A DNA stretch of 64,000 nucleotides from Octopus sinensis (GCF_006345805.1 NC_043004.1:81158001-81222000), one strand, 5' to 3'; numbered from the stretch's first letter, positions 25,441 through 39,986 are shown. Numbers and translations: made by a program. Notes: generated by a model not told the origin, from the letters alone.

Positions 25441-25810
25441 TATAGGCGCAATGGCCTAATGGTCAGAGCAGCGGACTCGCGGTCGAAGGATCGCGGTTTC
25501 GATTCCCAGACCGGGCGTTTTGTGTGTTTATTGAGCGAAAACACCTAAAGCTCCACGAGGCTCCGTCAGGGGGGGGGGAGACTCCTGTTGTACTCTTTCG
25601 CCCAACTTTCCTTCACTCTTTCTTCCTGTTTCTTGTCCCCCGACTTCCTACGCAACCGCTGAGCCTGGATGCGCATCCATCCATCCGTCGATGCTCTCGG
25701 TGTCGGGGTTTGACCTGCTTTCTCTTCTGCGGGTCTTACGAATAGCAAAGGACCATGTTTCGGACTTCTCCCATGTTGCGAGCTCTGGGACGAAGACCGT
25801 TCGCTCAACA
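25441..25810 (+). mobile_element. SINE-C head with an alternative body and (AAC/AGC)n tail
   Basis: tRNA-like head GGCGCAATGGCCTAATGGTCAGAGCAGCGGACTCGCGG..GGTTTCGATTCCCAGACCGGG. After about 25630 the body differs from the 31416 and 52429 copies. Confidence 0.78.
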
Positions 25811-25901
<91 letters not shown>

Positions 25902-26750
25902 CAATTACTGTCATTATCGTCGTCATGGTCGTTGTTGTAGTCAAGTTCGCCATCGCCCCTTTGTCTTTCTTTGTTAATGTTATTTTTTTTTTCCTTTTAC
26001 TCAAAGAAGCACCGCAGTAAAATTTTTGTTTTAATAAATAAATCAATAAATTTCAGTAATGAAGTGCCTGGCTGGATTGTCAAACTGACTTTGATGAATT
26101 GATCTGCTGTTTACAAAAAAAATTATAAATAAATAAAAGAAAAAAAACCAAAAGATTCTTTTGCTGAAATATCATCCCACCTCTCCCTACTCCTTTTCTT
26201 CCCCTTCCCCTTCCGCTTCCTGCCTCTTCTCTTCCTTCTGCTTAAAAGGTAAAAGAATACCGTTGATGACATTTTCACCTGCCAATCTGCAACACTTCAA
26301 ATGCCTTTTGTTTTTTCCTGTCCAATTGTTGTTCCCAATATCATTGCTGGCTATTGGTGTTATAATTATCATTTCTTCTTCTTCTTCTTCTTCTTCTTCT
26401 TCTTCTTCTTCTTCTTCTTCTCCTTCTTCTTCTTCATCTTCTTCTTCTTCTTCTTCTTCTTCTTCTTCTTCTTCTTCTTCTTCTTCTTCTTCTTCTTCTT
26501 CTTTATTTATTGATTTATTGATTTATTTCATTAAGATAACATTCATATTCTTTATATTATTGTTACAAAATGGAATTTTTGAATTTCAAAATACAAAGAA
26601 ATAATTTTGAAAAATCTTGACTTCTTCAATAATTTTAATATTGTTACTTTTGCTGTGCTTGTTTTAAATAGTTTGGTTGTCATTCATTTTTGTGAGTGAA
26701 GTCTTCTGGTTAATTTTCTACACACTTATTGCCATTCCTTCTCTCTCTGT

Positions 26751-26786
<36 letters not shown>

Positions 26787-26787
<1 letters not shown>

Positions 26788-27026
26788 TCTTTTTTTACTC
26801 TTTTTACTTGTTTCAGTCATGTGACTGCGGCCATGTTGGAGCACCACCTTTAGTCGAGCAAATCGACCACGGGACTTATTCTTTGTAAGCCCAGTACTTA
26901 TTCTATCGGTCTCTTTTTGCCGAACCGCTAAGTGACGGGGACGTAAACACACCAGCATCGGTTGTCAAGCGATGGTGGAGGGACAAACACAGACACACAA
27001 ACATATACACACACATACACACACAC

Positions 27027-27068
<42 letters not shown>

Positions 27069-27225
27069 CATATACGACAGGCTTCTTTCAGTTTCCGTCT
27101 ACCAAATCCACTCACAAGGCATTGGTCGGCCCGAGGCTATAGCAGAAGACACTTGCCCAAGATGCCACGCAGTGGGACTGAACACGGAACCATGTGGTTG
27201 GTAAGCAAGCTACTTACCACACAGC
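26787..27225 (-). mobile_element. SINE-A, near full length
   Basis: Near-identical to 1082-1502; the extreme 5' end is replaced by (TG)n. Confidence 0.9.
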
Positions 27226-27231
27226 TGTGAG

Positions 27232-27262
<31 letters not shown>

Positions 27263-27781
27263 TGTGTGTTTGTGTGTATGTATATGTATATATATCAAAA
27301 TAAGCAATAAGGATATCCAGAGATAATGCAGTACGATCGCTTCATGCGACTCCATTTAATTGAACAATGTAAAAATTACATCAATTTAAAATGCATAAAA
27401 CAGCAGAACTGGAACAAAACTCAGTATTTACAATATAGAATGGTGATGATCCATAACCTTGGACCCTACACAAGAATACGCAGAATTCTTTGTTAATCTA
27501 AACACTATTGTTCGCTTGGTGCAAACAGAAAAATTGTTAAGATACTTGGATATTTTCCTACTCGTTTTAACATATTGCTTTATTACCCACAGGGGGTAAA
27601 CAAAGAGGAGACAAACAAGGATATACGAAGGGATTAAGTCGACCCCAGAGCGCAACTGCTACTTATTTAATCGACCCCCGAAAGAATGAAAGGCAAAGTC
27701 GACCTCGGCGGATTTGAACTCAGAACGTAACGGTAGACGAAACACCGCTAAGCATTTCTGCTAGCTCGCCGCCTCATGATA

Positions 27782-27812
<31 letters not shown>

Positions 27813-27842
27813 ATAGTATATATATTATATAGATATTATATG

Positions 27843-27879
<37 letters not shown>

Positions 27880-28409
27880 ATACATACATGCGTATATATA
27901 TATATATAATATATATATATATATATAACATGTGTGTGTGTGTGTGTATGTATGTGTATATATATATATATATATATACATGGCGGTTTTCTACTCCTTA
28001 TGCAGAGTCTGACCACCTTTTTTATTTAAACCTTAGATTCATTTTGGCGTCTGATGTGGGGGGGGGGGGTTAAACCAGAAAATGTATTGAAAAGACACCC
28101 ACATGAATTGTATATCTTATTAGGACCCTCAAGAGCTACAGTTAAGTTCTGATCTTAGTTGCTGTTAAAATGTCTTTTGAGGTCCCCGTTAGATTTGCAG
28201 ATCCTATGGCATACACGGCATTGAAAGACGTGCACAGATATTTAGGCAGGAAAGTTGGTAGGGGTTCGTTTTTCATGGGTCCGCAAATGAGATTTGAGCC
28301 CAGCAAATGAAAGGCACGGTCTGTCACAAACTGTGCACATAATGACTACTGGAAACAGCTGTGAGTCGAATTTCCTACAATAAAGAAATATTTCGTTTTG
28401 GGATTTGGT

Positions 28410-28745
28410 TTGCAAGATTCTTTATTTGAGTTCGTGTGTTGAAGCATATTCTGTCGTGTCTGGGGAGAGTCATTTTCTTTTTCTGCCTTATAATTTAACA
28501 CACTCACCGGTAAAATTTCCACTTATTTCTTATTTTTATTTTCCTATAGGAAAATAAAAATAACAAATAAGTGGGAATATTTTCCTATAGAAAAATAAGA
28601 ATAAGAAATATGTTGAAATTTTACCGGTGAGTGTGTTAAATTATAAGGCAGAAAAAGAAAATGACTCTCCCTAGACACAACAGAAGATGCTTCAACACAC
28701 AAACTCATATAAATCGAAAAATGAAATAATTTTAGCGGTGTGTGT
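28410..28745. repeat. About 130-bp inverted repeat with a nested 34-bp perfect palindrome (centre CTATAG)
   Basis: GGAGAGTCATTTTCTTTTTCTGCCTTATAATTTAACACACTCACCGGTAAAATTTC recurs reverse-complemented at about 28615-28672. Related sequence lies at 22315-22400 and 28740-28790. Confidence 0.88.
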
Positions 28746-29513
28746 GTTAAATTTTAAGGAACAAAAAGAAAATGACTCTCCCCAGACACAAAAGAAATAT
28801 TTAATAACCATTAATTATCCTTGGCCCTCGGTTCAGTTCCACTGCGTGGCACCTTCGGCAAGAGCCTTCTCATATAGCCTCGGACCGATCAATGTGAGTG
28901 GATTTGATAGGCAAAAACTGAAAGAAAATTCTTGATAAGGTGGAACGTAAAGCCCGGTTGCTATAACATGCATAGTACTCACCAAATTAACATTGTTTCA
29001 CTTTTAGCTTAATATTGCGTTCATTTTTCGCCACTATCTGTCCTCTTCTCTGTGTTCATGTATTGGTGTGTGCTTGTGAATACATACACCCATCCAAACA
29101 CACACACACCCATCCAAAAACACACACACACACACGCGCGTGCTATGTATTTATTCATATACGTATTGTGCGTATGCTCGTGTGTGCGTTTGAGCATGTG
29201 TGAGTGAGTACGTGTGTGACTGTGCGTGAGTGCGTGTGTGTAGGTTCATGTTGTGTGTCCATTGGTGTAATGTAAACGCGTTGATAAGATAGGCTTAGCC
29301 ATTCAAAACGGTGCCCCAGCATGGACGCAATCTAGTGACTCAAAGCATCAAAAGAATTAAACAAGGAAACAACATGCTCACACACACACATATGTATACA
29401 TACATACATAATACATATATACAAACATATATATATGTATATATATATGTATATATACTTATATATACATACATACATACATACATAGATACATATATAT
29501 ATGGATATATGTA

Positions 29514-29573
<60 letters not shown>

Positions 29574-29638
29574 ATATGTATATACTTATATATACATAGA
29601 TACATAGATACATATATATAATGTATTATATGTATATA

Positions 29639-29685
<47 letters not shown>

Positions 29686-29740
29686 GTATATATTATATAT
29701 ATTATATATATATAGCTATATATATATATATATAATATAT

Positions 29741-29812
<72 letters not shown>

Positions 29813-30041
29813 CAATTGTCCTTATACGCAATCAGAAAGCACTCTATCAGACTATATGATATGCAAATTTGCACAAAAGCGAAACAGCAGATATTCCATG
29901 TGAATATGACGCCATATTTTGTGTAAGTCGATTTCTATGCGGTAAGAAATCTGCTGGCGACAGGATTCTTTCAGTCCATCTGTTGGCAGTATTTTTGGTA
30001 AAGCCACTCAGTAAATAGGTCGGTCGATACGCATACAATAT

Positions 30042-30088
<47 letters not shown>

Positions 30089-30201
30089 TTACACATACGC
30101 CAATACAGCACAAAATTCTTGCGCGTATCACGCTTATGTTCGCTCAAACACATATGGACTTAAATACGAACACGTGTTTTTTTTCATACATACACACACA
30201 G

Positions 30202-30244
<43 letters not shown>

Positions 30245-30430
30245 CAAGAATACTGTCTGTTTCACACATGTACACACATTACATACATATACATACACAC
30301 ACACATACACATACCCATACACATACACACACAGCGTTTGGATTTAGTTAAAAAAAAATCATCTCACCACACAGAAACGAAGACATTATCACATTTCTAT
30401 TTACATGTTCATATATATGTAATGTATATG

Positions 30431-30479
<49 letters not shown>

Positions 30480-30592
30480 ATATATATATTATTTATTTAT
30501 ATATATATGTTATATATGCATATATAAATAGATATACATCCATGTGTGTATGTGTGTGAACATATTTTTATATACTATATATATGCATTATA

Positions 30593-30623
<31 letters not shown>

Positions 30624-31135
30624 AGATAGATAGATATAGATAGATAGACATAGATTTTATTTATAACTATACACATATATGTGTGTGTGTGTATTCATGC
30701 CTACACACATTCTTTTATACGTAATCTGCATATGTACATACACGCATATGTTTGTATGGCGAGTATGTACGCAGACACATTCACACACACACACACACAT
30801 CTATAAACATGCATGTATATATATATATATATATATGTAAGTAAACGCACACATACTCACGTACACACACGTAGTCACACAAACACGTACGTACTTGCAC
30901 ACACATATATACATACACACAGTGACGTACTTAATTCTACCCCGTTACCAATATCTACTATTTCATATCTCTAACTTCAATCCGCCTCTCCTATTTCAAA
31001 ATCTCCATTTCTCTCTCTTTCTCCGCTCATTCTTCCTTAGTATTTCTCCATTCAAATCCATTCTCAACCATCTTCCTTTCCTCCTATTCCTCCTCTTCCT
31101 CCTCTTCAGCTTCTCTCTTTGTATTTCACCCATCA

Positions 31136-31183
<48 letters not shown>

Positions 31184-31415
31184 CCTTCACATTTCTTCAT
31201 TCGCGTACCTATGTCGCCTTTTTCCCTGTCGTCATTGAGATATTTTCAAGCTTAATTGATGCACAAATATTTTCACATACATACAGCTAAACATGCTTAC
31301 ACATATGTATACGTACATAATGGCACAATAAAAGTATGTAAAACTTTCCCAAAGTTTAGCATATAAGTACCTATCCTCATGTCTAGACATGCAACTCTAT
31401 GTATGTATAAACAGT

Positions 31416-31783
31416 GGAGGCGCAATGGCCCAGTGGTCAGGGCAGCGGACTCGTGGTCGTTGGAGCGCATTTTCGATTCTCAGAACGGGCGGTGTGAGCG
31501 TTTATTGAGCGAAAACATCTAAAGCTCTACGAGGCTCCAGCAGGGCGAATCGTACTATACTCTTTCACCACAACTTTCACTCTTTCTTCTTGTTTCTGTT
31601 GTACCCGTATTTCAAAAGGCCAGCCTTGACACACGCTGTGTCATGCTGAATCACCCCCGAGAACTCCGTTAAGGGTACACGTGTACGTGGAGTGCTCAGC
31701 CACTTGCGCGTTAAATTCACGAGCAGGCTGTTCCGTTGATCGGATCACCTGGAACCCTCGTCGTCGCAACCGACGGAGTGCCA
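31416..31783 (+). mobile_element. SINE-C, full length
   Basis: The head and body match 52429-52802. Confidence 0.85.
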
Positions 31784-32502
31784 TGATGTGTAAACATATG
31801 TGCACCGTCGTAAATTCTTGTACATTTATGCACATATGCATGAGCAACTAAGTTGTTAGTGTTAAAATTCCAAAGAAGAACCTTTGGATTAAGGTTAGAA
31901 ACCGGTCCTTTCTTTCTAGTCATATCTAGAAATAGGACTAAGTAATCGTATTTACATACACGCATCCATACATAAATGCATACATACTTGCATACATACT
32001 TACATACATGTTTACATGCATGCATACATAAATACACACATACATACATACATACATATACATACATACATACATACATACATAATACATACATACATTC
32101 GTGGTGGCTGCCCCCTCGTTATCGAGTATGGCCATTGCACGAAGCTTAATCAATGTTGTTATCGTGCAATACCTGTGCAAGAAGATTTTTTTTAAAGTGA
32201 GGAAAGGCTGTGCACTGAGTCAATCCCACTCACTAAGCAACAGCAGCCATAATCCGAAAAGAAGAACAAGTCAACATCATCGGTAACCACTGAGCCGCAG
32301 GTTTTATGTCGGAGTTATTCCAGTTACCTGATTTACCTTCTCCTAGAAGGATGCCCTAACAAAGGCTAGGAGTCCTTCACTGCCAATGGTTTAAGAAAAA
32401 GCATCCATTAAATACATACATAAATACATACATAAAAACGATCCCACGTACATGATACCTACATACATACATGCATGCTCGCATGCATAATGCGGGCATA
32501 AA

Positions 32503-33125
32503 TACAGGGTGCGAGGGGTATTTGAGGACATTTCGTTTTTAGTTCATTACACCTTGAAGCTATTTAATGGATTTTTTTTCTTTTCAAGATATGATGCTAA
32601 CTCAAGAAATGAAAAGACCTGCAGTCATAGTTGCTATACATGCAAACCACAGTGATTTAGAAATTAGCAACTTTCTAAATGTTGCGAGATCATTTGTACG
32701 CAAAGTTCAGTTGGAATTGGAGTCATGTGAAGGTAATGTTTCACCTGTATCAAAAAAAAAAAAAAAAAATTCACAATGCCCAGACACTAAAAGGACACCA
32801 GAATTTATACAACATGATCAAAAAATTATCGATGAAAACCCCAGAAGATCAATGAGGTCCATTGCTAAAGAAATTCAGGTGTCAGAGTGATTTATCAGAA
32901 TCGTGGTACATCGTGACATTCGATACAAGTCCTATGTAATGAGGAAAGGCCAATTCGTATCTGCAAAAACACAGGGAAACCGTCTCATCTGTTAAAAACG
33001 GTTACTTAACAATGTGAAAACCCCTCATGAACATGGCATACTTTGGTTTTACTCTGACGAAGAAAACTTTAACCAGGATCAAAAATCTAACAGAAGAAAT
33101 GACAGGTGCTTATGTGTAGATGTGG
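32503..33125 (+). mobile_element. maT-like (DD37D-type) transposon, left TIR and N-terminal half of transposase
   Basis: TA-CAGGGTG start, then MKRPAVIVAIHA..EISNFLNVARSFVRKV..IIDENPRRSMRSIAKE..IRYKSYVMRKGQ..LWFYSDEENFNQDQKSNRRNDR (first catalytic Asp). Contains stops. Confidence 0.8.
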
Positions 33126-33129
33126 ACAA

Positions 33130-33335
33130 CATTGGTGTTGAGCAGTGAGGAGGCTGGTATGCATGAGCGACTGCTGATCTTCATTCTCTCTCTGTTTATT
33201 TCTTTGTTTTCCTTTCTGTTGAAGAGCGTAGGCTCGAAACGTAAAAGACTTTCTCACCTTCCCGAGAGTCAAACTAAAACACCTGCTTGTTTTTTATATA
33301 CCTGTCTTCATCTTTTGATTTTCTGTAAATTTTAA
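33130..33335 (+). mobile_element. Penelope-like terminal-repeat remnant with near-intact hammerhead (33212-33247)
   Basis: CTTT-CTGTTGA-A-GAGC-GTAG-GCTC-GAA-ACGT-A-AAAG. There is one core change (A6>U). Confidence 0.68.
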
Positions 33336-33344
33336 GTATATATA

Positions 33345-34330
33345 TATATGACTTCGTTCGGTCTATTTACAAGCTTTTTAATCCGATCAATGTAAAACTC
33401 TTTTGGTTTCAAAGCGAAGAACTCGGAAATGTCAGTTTCGACCTCCTCCTGGCTTGCGAAAGCTATGTCCCGAAAATGATTCTGTAAACTACGAATCAAA
33501 TGGTAGTCTGAAGGAGCCAAGTCGGGAGAATAAGGTGGATGAGGAATTTTTTCCCAACCAATCTCTTCGATCTTCTGTCATGTGATCTCTGCAGTGTGCG
33601 GTCGCGCATTGTCCTGATGAAACATCATTCCTTTTCAGTTCACTAAAGAGGGTCTTTTTTTCTTCAAAGCTTAGTTCAAACGCTCTAATTGCTGACAGTA
33701 GACTTGAGCATTGATTGTTGCATTACATGGTAATAATTCGAAGTAAATCACTCGTTTACAATCCCACCAGATAGGGAGAAGAACCTTTTCCCCATGAAGT
33801 TCCCATCTCGGTTGTGGTTGAGCTTTTTCCCTTTTACCAAGCCACTGTTTCCGACGTTTAACATCTCGATAGAAGATCCATTTTTCGTCACCAGTCACAA
33901 GTCTATCCAAAAAGGGTGAAATGAGTTCGTGAGAATGGAGAGAAGAGCAGATAGCAACTCGGGATTTGCGGTTGCTTTCGGACAATTCATGAGGCAACAG
34001 TTGTATGGTTTGAACTAAGCTTTATTGCCAATTCTTCAACTGATAATGCAGGATTTTCTTGAAGTAATGCCTTTTCTTCAAGTAATGCCTCATCAAACCC
34101 AGCTGGATGTCCTGTTCGATCCTCATCTTCCAGGCTGAATACTCCACTTTTGAATTTTGCAAGCCATCTTTTGCAAGTTCATCATTCAAGCACATTATTT
34201 CCCATAAAGTGAGTGTATGTTTCGAGTCGCTTTTGGCTGGAGTGTTTCCCTTTTTGTACTCATAAAACATTATATTCCTCAAATGCTCTTTGGATACTTC
34301 CATGTTAGAAAGGGTTTTAATCAAAGAAAT
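33345..34330 (-). mobile_element. Mariner (DD34D) transposase pseudogene, near full length, frameshifted
   Basis: Motifs PHEL, LVTGDEKWIFY, KVLLPIWWD, HQDNARPH and HPPYSPDLAPSDYHL are present, giving all three catalytic Asp. Confidence 0.93.
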
Positions 34331-36177
34331 TTTAATTCTATTATTCTGTAAAATAATATTTAATTAGTTTGAATGTACACAAATGCATAAAAATAATTTT
34401 TAATTCCATTAGACATTCTAAAATAAAGGAGCTGTTGTGGTAGCACACGACGAAACACGGTTGTAATTCCTCACTTTAATTTTCCTGCAACAAACCATCA
34501 CTTTAATTTTGAACTGGATCCTATAAAGGAGCTGTTGTGGTAGCAGACCACGAAACACGGTTGTAATTCCTCACTTTAATTTTGCTGAAACAAACCATCA
34601 CTTTTAATTTTTAAGTATATAATTATATTTTTAGAATTATATACGTATAAATTTGTGTTTGTGTGTGTATGTGTGTGTGAGACAGGAAATTTAATTACAA
34701 AAAGCAGTTCTACTAATGTAAATACTATCAGGCACAAGTCCATTTATTGCGAGTTAGCATTCGGGGAAAGGCCCCTACACGAAGCCGGGTGTTAAAGAAC
34801 ACTGAGTGTCCCAGACGAGGTGAAAAACTCGCCCCGAAGTGATTGAGGCTGGTAGACGCCGGTATTTCGCTATTATTGTGGTTTATCAATATCATGTACT
34901 CGGATCACCTTAAAACAAACAAAACACATACAACAGGAATGTCGGAGAGTGAATAAGAGGGAATGAAACAACAAAGGGTTAGAGAAAGAGGAGATAGGGG
35001 TGGGAGGGGGGCGGAAAATAGGTAGAATCGTGATATATTGACATGGCTGGAGGCTAATTGCGTAATGGTATCGCCCTAGAATATGTAGGTATATGAAAAT
35101 TACGTGTATATCTATATGCGTGTGTGTGGAGAGAGAGAGAGAGAGACTGACAGACAGACAGACAGAGAGAGAGAGAGTGAGAAAGAGAGAGGGTGGGTGA
35201 AAGAGAGACACATACACACACCATATGCATGTATAAACCTATGTATACATGAAAGGATAGAGGCATGTATGTATATATATTGTATGGGTATGTGCGCATG
35301 TATGTACGTATTGTATAAATATATATAATATGTGCACACATGTGTGTTTGCATGTGCGTGTATTTATGTGTAAGAAGAGTGTGTGTGTGAATATGTGTGT
35401 ATGTGTGTGAGAAGAGAGAGAGAGAGAGTGAGTGAGAGAGAGAGAGTGAAAGAGAGAGAGATCTTGACTAGTCATGTTTTGAATAGCGTGTCAATGTCAA
35501 CGCATGAAATATATATACTTATGTATACATACATATTTAAAATAGTGCTCGCTTGTACATACATACATACATACATACATACGTATACATATATATATAT
35601 ATATACACACATAAACACATACATATACATACATATATATATATATATATATACACATACACACTCACACACACACATATATATATAAATACACATATAG
35701 ATAGATATATACACGCACACATATACATATATACACACACATACACGTATACATACACACATACACGTATGCATATACATATATATATATACATATACAT
35801 ATAGATATATATATATACACATACACACTCACACACACACAATATATATAAATACACATATAGATAGATATACACGCACACATATACATATATACACACA
35901 CATACACGTATACATACACACATACACGTATGCATATACATATATATATATACATATACATATAGATATATATATATACACATACACACACACAAACATA
36001 CAAACACATTCACACACACACACACACACTGCATGCATATATACACACGCACATACATTCGTGCCTTACGTATTTTATAATTCATAAAAGTAAACGTTTT
36101 CTTTTTTATGCCGTATGAGGTTGTGTGTGTGTTTGTCTGTTTTTGAATATGTATGTTTGTGTGTTTGTGCGTTTGTG

Positions 36178-36223
<46 letters not shown>

Positions 36224-36641
36224 TATGTGTGCCCGTGTACACAAAATGCTTGCGTCGATGCTTATGTGTGCATGTGTGCACTTAAATATCACACCATTGA
36301 CTTGTTTTTACATGCCCAGGTCAAAGGTGATACAGCTGTTCAGTAAAGTTATGTTTGAAGTAGAATTTGAACGTTTCAGGTGAGCACAACCACCACCACC
36401 ACACCACCACCATCACCACCGCCAACACCGCCGCCGCCGCTGCCAACACCACTGTCATCATCAGCAAAATATACCCACACACCGCAAAACAAAAAAAAAA
36501 AAACGAAAAGAGGAAAGTAAAACAAAAGAAACGAAACTTTATTACAGTGCATTGTAGGGTGCAAAGCACGTTCATTTGAAGAATCGAAAGTTAACCAGTC
36601 TAGCATATATACACATGCACTCGAATATCAAGAGAGAGAGG

Positions 36642-36683
<42 letters not shown>

Positions 36684-36730
36684 TACAGACGGACAGAGAG
36701 AGGGAGAATTATGCAGACAGAAACACGGAA

Positions 36731-36786
<56 letters not shown>

Positions 36787-36847
36787 GGAGAGAGAGAGAA
36801 TGAGAGAAAGAGAGGCAGACAGACAGACAGAGACATCGAGACAGAGG

Positions 36848-36885
<38 letters not shown>

Positions 36886-37842
36886 GACATCGGGATAAAG
36901 AGAGAGAGAGAGAGAGAGAGAGAAGGACAGAGACAGAGATAGAGTTACATAGAGCGAAGGATAAATAGACAGACAGAAACACGGAGAAAGAGACACACAG
37001 ACAGACAGGCAGATAGACAGAGGAAGGGAGAGAAAGACAAAGGGGGTAGGGGTTGGCTTAGTATTCGGTCATGTTGACACTAGTATTTGACTGTTATTTT
37101 GTTTTATCGACCCCCTGGAAGGATGAAAAGAAAAATTGACCTCTGTGGAATTTGAACTTAGAGCCTGGAGAGTTATTTTGAAATACCGCGACGCCAGGTA
37201 TTTTTCTCCGTTGCTCTACCAATTTTTGATTACCAGACAACAATTTTGTGAATTTTTTCTTTGTTGTTAGTTTTTTTTGTTTTCAGTCATTGGGCTATGG
37301 TCATGCTGGGAGATGAGAACAAACATATACTAAAGGCCGAATGATTTGAGCCCAGGGTTTATTTTCTGAGTTTGGTACTTGGTCTAATGGCCTATTTGCT
37401 TAAAAACCGTAAATGTTACGAGATCGGAAAGAGACCTCCAAAGTTTGTCAAACAAACGGGAAGCAAACACAAAGGCAGACACACATAAATACATACATAT
37501 ATGGGGGCCTGGCCTGGCTTTGCATTCCGTTGGTCATGACGACGTGTATTTCGGTTGATCCTATGAACGGAACAGCCTGCTCGTAAAATTAATTTCCAAG
37601 TAGCTGAGTACACCACAGACACGCGTAACTTTAACGTACGTCTCAGGAAGACGCAGCTTGACAAGATTGACCCTTCGATTTACAAGTACAACTCAGTCAT
37701 TTGGTAACTGAATGAAATGGAGCGAGGTGAAATTGTTAAAGACAGCATGTGGCGCTGGGAATCGAACTGACGACTTTACGATCGTAAGCCGGATGCACTA
37801 AACATTCAGCCACGCGCTTAGACACACATACACACACATATA

Positions 37843-38196
37843 TTCTTTTACTTGTCTCAGTCATATGACTGCGGCCATGCTGGAGCACAGCCTTTAGTCT
37901 AGCAAATCCACCCCAGGACTTGTAAGCCTAGTACTTATTCTATCAGCCTCTTTTGCTGAACCGCTAAGTTACGGGGGGAGTAGCAAACACAGACACACGA
38001 ATACACACGCGCGCGCATATATACATATATACACGACGAGCTTCTTTCAGTTTCCGTTTACCAAATCACTCACAGGGCTTTGGTTGGCCTGAGGTTATTG
38101 TAGAAGACACTTGCCCAAGTTGCTATGCAGTGGGACTGAACTCGGAACCACGTGGTTGGTAAGCAAGCTACTTACCACACAGCACTCCTGCATCTA
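37843..38196 (-). mobile_element. SINE-A, diverged
   Basis: Both halves, the head and the tail are recognisable. Confidence 0.85.
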
Positions 38197-38230
38197 TATA
38201 TATATATATATATATATATCTATATATATC

Positions 38231-38264
<34 letters not shown>

Positions 38265-38869
38265 ATATAATATATATATATATATAATACATATATATAT
38301 ATATAGTGAGAGAAGAGAAAGAGAGAGATGCATGATGTATGTATGAGAGAGAGATAATATACGGCGAGCTTTCACACAATTTTCACCTAACAGATTCATT
38401 CAAGACTCTGGTCAGCCCGGTGTTATATTAGAAACCACTTGCGCCTCCGCGTGCACGTGCTAGAGTGATTAGTGAGTGAAAAGAATGAAATAATGGAACG
38501 TGATGAAGAACAGGGTCACTTGAATCATGTGAGACTGAGGGGTTTTGCCAAATCTAGTTCACTGCGTATCGTAGGTAGTAAACGAGTGGGAAAAGCGCTG
38601 CATTGTGAGGTCCCTTTGGTCTGTGAAATACTGTTTCTTCGATCTATATTTCAAGTGCCGGTGCCACGATAACAGCACCTACTGTATTGGTTGACGATAG
38701 GAAGGGTGTCTGACCGCAGTACTTCACTGCTTCTTTATTTTATTGACGTCGTTGGGATGAAGCGCCAAGTTGAGCTCGAGATTTGAACACAAATCGTAAA
38801 GGGCCGCCTGACGTAAAGGGCGTAAAGGGCCGCCTGACGATTCTGCTGATGCACCTCCTTCATCTAGAC

Positions 38870-39108
38870 CAGTGCTGCTTAAACTATGAGTCGCGAAGCG
38901 ATATGCTGGGGTCGCGAAGCGAAATGCTGGGGTCACGAAGCGAAATGCTGGGGTCGCGAAGCGAAAATGCTGGGGTCGTGAAAATTATATTCAAATACTT
39001 CAATTTCAGTTTTATGTTATTTCACAAACGCATATTTGATATCTGGGGTCTCGAAAAATTTCTTGATGAAAAATGGGGTCATGAATGAAAAATTGATTAA
39101 GACCCCTG
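38870..39108. mobile_element. hAT-like MITE with an internal 21-bp tandem repeat
   Basis: Imperfect termini CAGTGCTGCTTAA.. and ..TTAAGACCCCTG. GTCGCGAAGCGAAATGCTGGG repeats about 4.4 times at 38890-38983. No 8-bp TSD is visible. Confidence 0.55.
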
Positions 39109-39189
39109 ATACGCTTTTCAGTATATAGGCACTGAAATGCTCTTCAAAATACAGGCGGAAAGACTGAATTTCTGTGGGATGCGGTCCGA

Positions 39190-39560
39190 CCTCATAGAAG
39201 AAGTTGAAGGGTTAGAAATAACGTTCACCAATTAAATAATTTCGGTTGAAAGCCTTAATTATTGGGAACGTCTGAAAGCTTTGCGCCTCTACTCCCTTGA
39301 ACACCGAAACGAGAAATATATAATCATATACGCATGAAAAATCCTGGAGAGTAATGTTCCAAACTTCGGCATTAAAGAGAATTTTAATGCACGAACGGGT
39401 AGATAGTGTTTGCTTTCAGATATGCTGTCTTCGAAATTACGTGCAGAAACACAATTGCACTAGTTTGATATTTAGAGGTCTTCAACTGTTTAACTGCCTA
39501 CCTAGAGAAATAATAAAAAAAATATGGAAGGAACCTCTACTGAAACATTTAAAATAACAT
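39190..39560 (+). mobile_element. CR1/L2-group LINE ORF2 C-terminal remnant
   Basis: LNYWERLKALRLYSLEHR.EKYIIIYA*KILE..VPN, and in another frame RGLQLFNCLPREI. Confidence 0.75.
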
Positions 39561-39568
39561 TGGATAAC

Positions 39569-39742
39569 ATAGGCGCAGGAGTGGCTGTGTGGTAAGTAGC
39601 TTGCTAACCAATCACATGGTTCCGGGTTCAGTCCCACTGCGTGGCATCCTGGGCAAGTGTCTTCTGCTATAGCCCTGGGCCGACCAATGCCTTGTGAGTG
39701 GATTTGGTAGACGGAAACTGAAAGAAGCCTGTCGTATATATG

Positions 39743-39773
<31 letters not shown>

Positions 39774-39986
39774 TTTGTGTGTCTGTGTTTGTCCCCCTAG
39801 CATTGCTTGACAACCGATGCTGGTGTGTTTAGGTCCCCGTCACTTAGCGGTTCGGCAAAAGAGACCGATAGAATAAGTACTGGACTTACAAAGAATAAGT
39901 CCCGGGGTCGATTTGCTCGACTAAAGGCGGTGCTCCAGCATGGCCGCAGTCAAATGACTGAAACAAGTAAAAGAGTAAAAGAGTAA
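39569..39986 (+). mobile_element. SINE-A, full length, consensus-like
   Basis: Head ATAGGCGCAGGAGTGGCTGTGTGG through the (AAAAGAGT)n tail. Confidence 0.92.

Noticed and set aside
34425-34612. Two tandem copies of about 87 bp
   Set aside because: The duplication is real but looks like a simple local event, with no ORF or structure that I could identify.
35383-36383. 251-aa ORF and overlapping ORFs
   Set aside because: They arise from (TA)n/(TG)n/(CA)n repeats; the same applies to most of the ORF track.
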